A DNA stretch of 64,000 bases, taken from a virus (lineage: Duplodnaviria > Caudoviricetes). Shown in pieces: positions 56,524 through 64,000 of the stretch. The first letter of the stretch is position 1. Every line of letters begins with the position of its first letter. Position numbers and translations under genes: made by a program. The notes beneath the pieces were generated by a model. That model saw only the letters and a list, made by a program, of their open reading frames with translations, was not told where the DNA came from and searched no databases. The stretch lies in the IMG/VR virus record IMGVR_UViG_3300011616_000006, positions 1 through 64,000 of that record; one strand, given 5' to 3'.

Positions 56524-56567
56524 AAAAAAAACGGCAAAACCAGTTTCATAACTAGTTTTGCCGTTTT
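56524..56567. terminator. Bidirectional terminator supplied by the element downstream of rlmD
   Basis: AAAACGGCAAAAC...GTTTTGCCGTTTT. Confidence 0.8.
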
Positions 56568-56602
56568 CTCAATTTTCTCTAAACCCCCAGTAAATCAGCC
56601 TT

Positions 56603-57760
56603 TCAGCCGTTTTTCCTTGTCATCAAGACAACACTCTCAACATGCCCAGTATGCGGAAACATATCAACTCCCCAAGCCCCCTTAGCTCCATACCCCAACC
56701 TCTCAAACACCTTCAAATCCCGCGCCAACGCCTCCGGCCCACAAGAAATATAAACCACCTTCCGTGCCTTCACCGCTGCCACAGCCCTCATAAACTCCTC
56801 CGTACTACCACTCCGCGGCGGATCCATAAACACCACATCCAACGTCTCCCCCTGCTGCGCCATCTGATTCATAAACTTCCCGGCATCATTACAGAAGAAC
56901 TTAATATTCTTAACCCCATTAATCTTAGCATTACTATTAGCATCCTTGACCGCATCCTTATTCAGTTCAACGCTAATCACCTGCCCGGCCTTCTTACTGG
57001 CAATAATCCCAATTGTCCCGATCCCGCTATAAGCATCCAGCACAGTCTCTTTCCCGGTCAGCCCGGCCAACTCAATTGCCTTCTGATACAGTACCTCCGT
57101 CTGAACCGGATTCACCTGATAAAACGACTTCGACGATATCCGGAACCGGCAGCCGCACAACACATCCTCAATATATCCTTTCCCATACAGCACCTGCTCC
57201 CGATCCCCCAGCACCATACTCGTCACACGCCCGTTAACATTCTGAATCACGGTAGTAATCTCCGGATGTTTCTGCCGCAGCGCCTTCACAAAATTATTCT
57301 TCGACGGGAAAATCGGCGATGCCGTAACCAGCACCACCATGATCTCATTCGTAGCAAACCCACGCTTGACCAACACATGGCGCAAAAGCCCATATCCACT
57401 GTCCTCATCATAAGTACGAATCTTAAACGATTTCAGCATCCCGCGAATTGTACCGATAATCTCATCCGCCTTTTTATCCTCAATCTTACACTGCTCCACC
57501 GGCACCAGCTTATGCGTCCCGGCCTGATATACACCCGAGATCGCCTCGCCCTTACGGAAGCCAAACACTGCATGAACCTTATTCCGGTAATGATAAGGAT
57601 TGTCCATTCCGACAATCGGATATACCTTACAAAAACTCCCCAGCAGCTTCTGCATATTTGCCTGTTTCACTTTCAACTGTTCCTGATATGGCACATCCAG
57701 ATACTGACAGCTACCACACTGCTTAAATACCGGACATCCCCCATTCTTCTTTCCCGCCAT
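56603..57760 (-). CDS. rlmD: 23S rRNA (uracil-5)-methyltransferase RlmD/RumA (no TRAM domain); C-terminus supplied by the prophage
   Basis: C....CGSC, SFYQVN, DAYSGIG, DPPRSG, YISC and DMFPHT.HVE motifs. Confidence 0.95.
   Translation of the reverse strand: MAGKKNGGCPVFKQCGSCQYLDVPYQEQLKVKQANMQKLLGSFCKVYPIVGMDNPYHYRNKVHAVFGFRKGEAISGVYQAGTHKLVPVEQCKIEDKKADEIIGTIRGMLKSFKIRTYDEDSGYGLLRHVLVKRGFATNEIMVVLVTASPIFPSKNNFVKALRQKHPEITTVIQNVNGRVTSMVLGDREQVLYGKGYIEDVLCGCRFRISSKSFYQVNPVQTEVLYQKAIELAGLTGKETVLDAYSGIGTIGIIASKKAGQVISVELNKDAVKDANSNAKINGVKNIKFFCNDAGKFMNQMAQQGETLDVVFMDPPRSGSTEEFMRAVAAVKARKVVYISCGPEALARDLKVFERLGYGAKGAWGVDMFPHTGHVESVVLMTRKNG
56637..56645. repeat. Prophage attachment core (rlmD-proximal end), TCAACATGC
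   Basis: Direct repeat of 2703-2711. Confidence 0.85.
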
Positions 57761-57843
57761 TTTTTCTCCTTAGACTCCTGCACAAAATATACTTGCAAAT
57801 TATTTTTATTTTTTGTAAACTGAACGTAAACATTCAGGACGGC

Positions 57844-57957
57844 GGGAAATGGCAAGGAGAAACAGTCGTCAAGCTCGCTTGTAAGACTGTTTTTCCTTGT
57901 CATTTCCCATCGGATGAACATCCGATGCTTCTTGAATGGCTTTTCACATTCAAGAAG
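57844..57957. repeat. Three tandem palindromes between divergent rlmD and proX
   Basis: 24-bp imperfect arms 57844-57867/57885-57908; CATCGGATG-AA-CATCCGATG; CTTCTTGAATG-N8-CATTCAAGAAG. Confidence 0.7.
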
Positions 57958-58017
57958 AGCTCTCCGGCCCCCTCACGACTATAACTCAACACAACCCCAA
58001 AGGAGGTACCAAACCCC

Positions 58018-58611
58018 ATGACCCAATTCTCCACAACAAACACCACACCAACACCAACCGACCCGCCACTATTCCAGGGCCGTCCCACCGATACCACAGG
58101 CCGCATCCCCCAGGAAACCCGCACCTACGACCTCCTGGACCAACTACAGATCCCATACGACCGTCTCGACCACGAACCAACCGCAACCATCGAAGCCTGT
58201 CACGACGTCGACCGGATTCTCGACATAGAGATCTGCAAAAACCTGTTCCTGTGCAATGCCCAGAAAACGAAATTCTACCTGCTAATGATGCCCGGCACAA
58301 AAAAATTCAAAACCGCAGTCCTCTGCAAACAGATCGAAAGTCCCAGACTCTCCTTCGCCGCACCAGAATTCATGCAGAAATTCCTCGACATCACACCCGG
58401 ATCAGTCAGCGTCCTCGGCCTGATGAACGATACCGACAGCCAGGTGGAACTCCTGATCGATCGCGACGTCATCGAGTCTCACGAATACATCGGCTGTCAC
58501 CCATGCATCAACACCACCAGTCTAAAAATCCGCACCACCGACCTTCTGAACAAATTCCTTCCATTCATCAAGCATCCCTATAAATTAGTAGACCTGCCAG
58601 GCGAAGCGTAA
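58018..58611 (+). CDS. Prolyl-tRNA editing protein ProX/PrdX (YbaK superfamily)
   Basis: CKNLFL, RLSFA, PGSVS and HP.INT.S motifs. Confidence 0.88.
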   Translation: MTQFSTTNTTPTPTDPPLFQGRPTDTTGRIPQETRTYDLLDQLQIPYDRLDHEPTATIEACHDVDRILDIEICKNLFLCNAQKTKFYLLMMPGTKKFKTAVLCKQIESPRLSFAAPEFMQKFLDITPGSVSVLGLMNDTDSQVELLIDRDVIESHEYIGCHPCINTTSLKIRTTDLLNKFLPFIKHPYKLVDLPGEA

Positions 58612-58651
58612 CCGCTCCGCCATGACAGGCCCCCACCCTTTTTATATTCAA

Positions 58652-60454
58652 TTATTCCAATCCAACCGGTCTGGTCGCTTCTTTCAGCCACTTTGCCTCC
58701 TCAGCAGTCAGATGCGGAGCGATTTTCTCATATACCTGAGCGTGATACTCATTCAAATATCTGATATCCTTTTCCTCCATCATCGATACATCAAGCGGAT
58801 CCAGATCCAGCGGTACATAAGTCAAGAACTCAAACGTCAAAAACTGACCATATTCGTTCTTTTCATCTTCTTTACAGTATATCAGATTTTCCGTCCGAAT
58901 TCCATGACTTCCTTCAATATAAATACCCGGTTCATCGGAACACACCATTCCCGCCTCAAACGGATGACTGTCCTGACGTTCCGGCACTACACGGAAACGG
59001 ATCCCGGCCGGTCTCTCATGCACATTCAGCAGATATCCCACACCATGTCCGGTCCCATGATTATAATCAATTCCCCGCTGCCACATCAGTTCCCGCGCCA
59101 CGTAGTCCAGACTCAAACCACTGCACCCGCGCATAAATTTCACATGCCCCAACCGCAGCATACTCATCACCGTCAGCGTATAATGCTCACGCTCCTGATC
59201 GGTCACCGGCCCCAGCGACATCGTTCTGGTCACATCGGTAGTTCCCTCCAGATACTGTCCGCCGGAATCAACCAGATACAGCCCCTTTGGTTCCAGATCT
59301 GAACAACGATCACGATTCGCATGATAATGAACCACCGCCGCATTCGGCCCATACGCCGAAATAGTCGTAAAACTCAGCTCAATCGCGCCCTGCTCCATTC
59401 TCAGCTCTTCCAGATGATCCGAAACACTGACCTCAGTCATCGGAATCCTGCCGATATTTTTCTTAATCCAGTACATATACTTCGTCATGGCCACACCATC
59501 TTTGATATGTGCCAGCTTCATATTTTCAATCTCCACCGGATTTTTCATCGCCTTAGCCATAACGGTAGGATTCATCTTATCAATAATCTGATTACTGTCA
59601 TCCAGATACTGCACCACTGCATAATTAACTTTGCCGGTTTCCAGCAGCACCCGCTCATTTTTCAGCTGTTTCACATCGGAATAAATCTGCTGATACGGTT
59701 TAATCGTCACCCCCAGCGCATCCATATAAGCTTTCACATCACCGGACACAACTTCCGGATTGATATAAAGCGTCAGCGCATCAGCCGTTATCATAAGATA
59801 AGACAATGCAACCGGATTACACGGAATATCATTTCCCCGAATGTTCAAAAGCCAGGCAATATCATCCAGTGTCGTCAGAATATGAACCGTAGCGTGTTCC
59901 TCTGCCATATCATCCCGAAGCTTCTTAATCTTATCAGCTGAAGATTTTCCCGCATACTGCTCCTGCAGTATCCAGATCGGTTCTGCTCCAAGCGGCGGCC
60001 GGTTCTCCCAGATTTCACCAATCAAACTTTCAGTATATGCAATCGCTACATTCCTGTCCTTTAAACCATCTTCCATTTCCTTACCGGTCCGGGCATTCAC
60101 CACCCGTCCGTCAAATCCCAGAATACCGCCATCAGGCAGATTCTGCTGCAGGAATTTAAGAATCGACGGCACATCCGGCTGCCCCATCCGCATCAGCTCA
60201 ACACCGCTGCCATCCAGCTCTCTGGATGCCTGAACAAAGTACCGGCCATCCGTCCACAGACCGGCCCAGTCTTTCATTATCAAAGCCGTACCGGCAGACC
60301 CGGCAAATCCGGTAATATATTCACGGCAGGCAAAATGTTCCCCCACATATTCCGATTCATGATAATCAGAGGTCGGTACCAGATACGCATCCATGTTCCG
60401 TTCCTTCATGAGATCTCTTAAATCTTTCAAACGCTCACTTACACTCTTATTCAT
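58652..60454 (-). CDS. Aminopeptidase P family (M24B)
   Basis: D.H.SEY, WTDGRY, DSGGQY.EGTTD.TRT, HGTGHGVG..L.VHE and EPG motifs. Confidence 0.93.
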   Translation of the reverse strand: MNKSVSERLKDLRDLMKERNMDAYLVPTSDYHESEYVGEHFACREYITGFAGSAGTALIMKDWAGLWTDGRYFVQASRELDGSGVELMRMGQPDVPSILKFLQQNLPDGGILGFDGRVVNARTGKEMEDGLKDRNVAIAYTESLIGEIWENRPPLGAEPIWILQEQYAGKSSADKIKKLRDDMAEEHATVHILTTLDDIAWLLNIRGNDIPCNPVALSYLMITADALTLYINPEVVSGDVKAYMDALGVTIKPYQQIYSDVKQLKNERVLLETGKVNYAVVQYLDDSNQIIDKMNPTVMAKAMKNPVEIENMKLAHIKDGVAMTKYMYWIKKNIGRIPMTEVSVSDHLEELRMEQGAIELSFTTISAYGPNAAVVHYHANRDRCSDLEPKGLYLVDSGGQYLEGTTDVTRTMSLGPVTDQEREHYTLTVMSMLRLGHVKFMRGCSGLSLDYVARELMWQRGIDYNHGTGHGVGYLLNVHERPAGIRFRVVPERQDSHPFEAGMVCSDEPGIYIEGSHGIRTENLIYCKEDEKNEYGQFLTFEFLTYVPLDLDPLDVSMMEEKDIRYLNEYHAQVYEKIAPHLTAEEAKWLKEATRPVGLE

Positions 60455-61871
60455 CAGCTGCATCTCCTTCATTGATTGCATTATGAATTGCCTGGGCAAT
60501 TCCCTCGCTATAAGTCGGATGGGCCCGCATCGCCTTGTCAAGCTGGCTGGCTGTCAATCCGTTGGCAATAGCCGTAGCCATCTCACCAATCATGTCCGTA
60601 GCCCGGGGACAAACCATCTGCGCCCCGACAATGGTATTGGAATAAGCCTCAAAGATCAGACGGATAAAACCGCCCTCCTCCTTGGTAATAATCGATTTCC
60701 CGTTACCATCCATAAAACACACACCGCACCGTACTTTCATGCCCAACTTAACCGCTGCTGCTTCAGTGATTCCAACCGTAGCAATCTCCGGCTTGGTATA
60801 AATACAGTTTGGGACAATCGGCAGCGGTACATACATACCATTTGGAACTACTTCCAGCATAATACTGTGTTCCTTACCGGCAAGCTTTTCAACCACATAT
60901 GTACCCTGAGCAGCCGCCACGTGAGCCAGCTGTGTCTTAGCAATCACATCACCAATCGCATACACGCCCGGTTCGCTGGTCATAAAATCCTTGTCCACCA
61001 CCAGCTTGCCATATTCATACGCCAGCGTAACATCCCCACCGGTCAGATTATCCGTATAAGGAGTTCTTCCGATCGCAATGACAACCTGGCTGGCTTTCAT
61101 TTTATGTGTTTCTTTCGTTTTATGATTATATAAGGTACAATTCAAGTCCTCGATCTGCTCAATAGTAGTATTACAATGTATCGCTATCCCTTTGGCCCGA
61201 AGCGTCGTCTCCAGTGCCTCGGCTACCTGAATATCCATCGGCCCAAGCAAATGCGGCCCCTTTTCCACAATCGTAACCTTGGAACAAAGCGCCTGGAAGA
61301 TCGTAGCGAATTCCACCCCGATCACACCACCACCGACAATCACAATCCGGTCAAAGTTCCACTCCTTTGCCGCCAGCAGCCGGTCACTGTTTACCACCCC
61401 CGGCCCGTCGATTCCCGGAATATCCGGCATCATCGGCTGGGCACCGGTCGCAATAATAACCGATTTCCCTTGCAGATACTCACGGCCCTCTTCATTTACA
61501 ATCTCCACCGTCTTATCACGACGGATCTTTGCTTCTGCTCTGATAAAGGAAACCTTGTTCTTCTCAAACAGCTTTTCAATCTCACTGCGGTACTTAAGCA
61601 CGGACCGTCTCTTATAGCCCTGCATTTTCCCAAAATCAAAAGAAATAAAATCCGTAGAAACACCAAAATCATCACATTGCTGCATCATCGAAAAAATATT
61701 GGATGCGTACAGGAGAGCCTTGGTCGGTATACATCCGCGGTTGAGACAAACACCACCAAGCTTATCCTTATCAATTACGGCAACACTCATGCCCAATTCA
61801 GCTGCCTTCAGTGCCGCGGTATATCCACCCGGCCCGGCTCCGATCACAATCAAATCAAACTGTCTAGTCAC
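60447..61871 (-). CDS. lpdA: Dihydrolipoyl dehydrogenase
   Basis: GAGPGG, GGVCLNRGCIP, GGGVIG.E and HPTYSE motifs. Confidence 0.9.
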   Translation of the reverse strand: MTRQFDLIVIGAGPGGYTAALKAAELGMSVAVIDKDKLGGVCLNRGCIPTKALLYASNIFSMMQQCDDFGVSTDFISFDFGKMQGYKRRSVLKYRSEIEKLFEKNKVSFIRAEAKIRRDKTVEIVNEEGREYLQGKSVIIATGAQPMMPDIPGIDGPGVVNSDRLLAAKEWNFDRIVIVGGGVIGVEFATIFQALCSKVTIVEKGPHLLGPMDIQVAEALETTLRAKGIAIHCNTTIEQIEDLNCTLYNHKTKETHKMKASQVVIAIGRTPYTDNLTGGDVTLAYEYGKLVVDKDFMTSEPGVYAIGDVIAKTQLAHVAAAQGTYVVEKLAGKEHSIMLEVVPNGMYVPLPIVPNCIYTKPEIATVGITEAAAVKLGMKVRCGVCFMDGNGKSIITKEEGGFIRLIFEAYSNTIVGAQMVCPRATDMIGEMATAIANGLTASQLDKAMRAHPTYSEGIAQAIHNAINEGDAADE

Positions 61872-61877
61872 TAAACG

Positions 61878-62675
61878 TTACTTCCTTTCCATCCTCTCAA
61901 ATAACCCTAAGGCCTGACAAGCATTCCAGACTCCATCTTCCCCGATATCTGTGGTCACATAGTCAGCCACCTGTTTCAGCGGTTCAATGCTGTTCCCCAT
62001 CGCAATCCCGACTCCCGCTGCCTGAATAATCTCATAGTCATTCATACTGTCGCCAAATGCCACCGTATCCTGTATCGCCACACCATAATGTTCACACAGC
62101 CGTTTCAGCCCTTCCGCTTTGGAAGCCTCTTTCTCGATCACATCGGCTCCATTCCCGCTTGAAAACATCGGCAGTTTTACCTCCGGAAATGCTTCCGCAA
62201 CCATCTCAACCCACTTAGCCTCACCAATATACGTCAGCGATCGGATCGGCATGTCAAGCAGCAGATATGGATCCAGATAAGTCCGGTTCGATTCAGCAAA
62301 TCGCATTTTGTCATGCCGTGTCACATATTCCGGATTCACATAATAATCCTCAGTCCCGGTGGTAAGCCCCAGCGCAAACTTCTTGCCCTCCGTAAATCGC
62401 AGCAGCCGCGCTACCAATCCCCTCTCCATACAATGCTCATAAATAGTCTCCTCACCAATCGTAATTTTATTGCCGTTCAGATGAATGATCGCATCCGGAG
62501 TAATCAGATCTTTCAGCCCCGCACTGAACTTGCTGTCCATATCACGCCCCGTCGCTATGACAATGTAATACTGTTCCCGCAGCCGCTCAACTGCGCGGTA
62601 TGCACTGTCAGGAATCTTCCATGTATGATGATCCAATAAAGTCATATCCATGTCAAAACTGGCTATTGCTTTCAT
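61878..62675 (-). CDS. Cof-type HAD hydrolase
   Basis: DMDMTL, ATGR, K, FGDSMND motifs. Confidence 0.9.
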   Translation of the reverse strand: MKAIASFDMDMTLLDHHTWKIPDSAYRAVERLREQYYIVIATGRDMDSKFSAGLKDLITPDAIIHLNGNKITIGEETIYEHCMERGLVARLLRFTEGKKFALGLTTGTEDYYVNPEYVTRHDKMRFAESNRTYLDPYLLLDMPIRSLTYIGEAKWVEMVAEAFPEVKLPMFSSGNGADVIEKEASKAEGLKRLCEHYGVAIQDTVAFGDSMNDYEIIQAAGVGIAMGNSIEPLKQVADYVTTDIGEDGVWNACQALGLFERMERK

Positions 62676-62803
62676 ATTGTCTCCTTACTGCATTTCTAAA
62701 CGATTCTATACATTAACCTCTACCCCCAATCTTAACAAAATAAAAACCTGCTGTAAACCTCTTTTCAAATTGGAATTTTTCTGTTATAATAGCAAAGCAG
62801 TTA

Positions 62804-62877
62804 CGGAGTATGGCGTAGTTTGGTAGCGCGCTCGGCTGGGGGCCGAGAGGTCGCAGGTTCAAATCCTGTTACTCCGA
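62804..62877 (+). tRNA. tRNA-Pro (GGG), CCA not encoded
   Basis: Acceptor CGGAGTA/TACTCCG, anticodon arm CTCGG-CTGGGGG-CCGAG, T arm GCAGG-TTCAAAT-CCTGT; TGTTATAAT promoter just upstream. Confidence 0.95.
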
Positions 62878-62939
62878 TTTTCCCTTTAATATCAAGGGTT
62901 TGCGAGAAATTTGTGGATAAAATGTTTGATTACCTTTGA

Positions 62940-63998
62940 TTACTTTTCTGTCAGGATAGAGCTTTCTATCGTATTGTTTGCGCCTACAAACTGGGACATA
63001 GTAATCTCTTTAGTAACCATGCCTACCATAAGTTTCTTTTCTTCTATATTAGTAATGTCATAGGTGTAGTATTGCTCATTAACCTCCTCGGTATGACCTA
63101 AGAGGGCACTAACAACAGTTGATGATACACCATTACATTTTAATTTAGATGAAAACGTCCTGCGGTAAGCATGAATGCTCTTCACCGGAATTCCAAGCTG
63201 TAAACACTTATTCTTCGCACACGAAGATATCACTGATGCTCTCACACGGCCTTCCTCATTCTGAAATATGAATTCCCCCAGATATCCATATTCCTTTTCA
63301 ATTTCCCTTACTTTTATGAGTAGGGCTTTTGTTTCGTCCGTTAGAGGCATAAACCTTTTCTTCTCATTCTTTGTCTCCCCAATAAAGCATTCTTTGGTTT
63401 CCCGGATATACTTTTCAGAGTGACTTATTTCAATTATTCCATTTTGTATATCTGCCCACCGCAATGCCGCTATCTCACTCACTCTCAGTCCTGTGAGACT
63501 TGCAAAATGTACTGCGTAAGTTGGAATATAATCGGGATGATCTTGATAGTCTTTGGCGAATCGTTGAAATAGAAGTCGGTATTGATCTTGAGAAACGGTT
63601 CTTTCCTCAGCTGTCTTGACTATTTTCTTGCAGAATGGATAAAAAGATTTTGTTTCAATGTTTTCGAATGGATTTTCCTTTATTAACTTGTTTATCTTCG
63701 CGCTCTTCAATGTGTTTCGAATATATCCACACAATGTTTTACACGCTTTAGGGGATAGCTTCAACTCTTTAATAAGCTTGATAATGAAGGCACTAATGTT
63801 TTCTTCGTTCATTTCTGAAAGTGGCATTATCTCAAAATCTCGCCCTTTGAAAAAACGTTTGTAATCACTTCGATACTTATCATGAGTATTAGTTGTGGAG
63901 AAACGAATTGAGTATACATCAAACCATCGCTTATAAGCTTCCTTAAAGCTAATTCGATCACTATGATTACTTTTTTGCTTATAGTAATCAATAATCAC
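62940..63998 (-). CDS. Tyrosine recombinase/integrase (probably 5'-truncated by the window edge)
   Basis: TGLRVSE, ETK, HAYRR, LLGH and Y catalytic motifs; convergent on the tRNA 3' end. Confidence 0.9.
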   Translation of the reverse strand: MIIDYYKQKSNHSDRISFKEAYKRWFDVYSIRFSTTNTHDKYRSDYKRFFKGRDFEIMPLSEMNEENISAFIIKLIKELKLSPKACKTLCGYIRNTLKSAKINKLIKENPFENIETKSFYPFCKKIVKTAEERTVSQDQYRLLFQRFAKDYQDHPDYIPTYAVHFASLTGLRVSEIAALRWADIQNGIIEISHSEKYIRETKECFIGETKNEKKRFMPLTDETKALLIKVREIEKEYGYLGEFIFQNEEGRVRASVISSCAKNKCLQLGIPVKSIHAYRRTFSSKLKCNGVSSTVVSALLGHTEEVNEQYYTYDITNIEEKKLMVGMVTKEITMSQFVGANNTIESSILTEK

Positions 63999-64000
63999 TT

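Larger units (their letters stand above)
2703..56645 (-). mobile_element. ~54 kb siphovirus-type prophage integrated in rlmD/rumA via serine recombinases, carrying mef-msr and a defence operon; architecture resembles phi-m46.1-type mef prophages
   Basis: att direct repeats; replication, packaging, head, tail, lysis and recombinase modules all co-oriented. Confidence 0.92.

Noticed and set aside
56325-56555. 76-aa + strand ORF containing VDMFPHTG
   Set aside because: No RBS, and only the first repeat is in frame; a by-product of the att-like repeats.
56642-57823. 393-aa + strand ORF
   Set aside because: Antisense shadow of rlmD with no recognisable motifs.
57936-58583. 215-aa Pro/Arg/His-rich ORF
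   Set aside because: Alternative frame of proX; composition reflects codon bias.
58018-62877. Proline-themed cluster (ProX, aminopeptidase P, tRNA-Pro)
   Set aside because: The genes are on different strands and interspersed with unrelated housekeeping genes; likely coincidence.

Overview
Low-GC Gram-positive (Clostridia/Lachnospiraceae-like) chromosomal window dominated by an apparently complete ~54 kb prophage (2703-56645, almost all genes on the - strand). It is integrated into the 3' end of the 23S rRNA m5U methyltransferase gene rlmD/rumA: a 9-bp core TCAACATGC is present at both ends, and the displaced rlmD tail HVETVVLLERKGQ* lies at 2669-2710. Reading right to left, the element carries: a mef-msr macrolide resistance operon with an MTASMRLR leader peptide, a nucleotidyltransferase and a Cys-rich KTR gene; a sigma-70-like regulator; an SNF2/PolA/P4-type primase replication module; HNH/terminase genes with two DNA methyltransferases and amidoligase/GGCT morons; an HK97-type head; a siphovirus tail; lysis genes; a three-gene serine recombinase module; and a 7-gene defence-like operon (DUF1413, MORC ATPase, Z1, PD-(D/E)XK, AIPR, C5-MTase, HEPN-like). 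Left of the element are an AT-rich PD-(D/E)XK gene and an amidase. Right of it are host genes (rlmD, ProX, aminopeptidase P, lpd, Cof hydrolase), tRNA-Pro(GGG) and the integrase of a second element. The most unusual signals are: (i) an array of three inverted, synonymously varied copies of the rlmD attachment sequence just inside the element end, plus further degenerate copies flanking the outside nuclease gene; (ii) an Mza-like operon extended by a C5-MTase and a HEPN-like gene; (iii) an out-of-frame EcoHK31I-beta-like ORF inside the phage C5-MTase; (iv) a self-contained antisense structured-RNA unit between terL and portal; (v) a 31-bp promoter-like motif repeated three times. All family assignments come from motif recognition by eye; no database searches were run.
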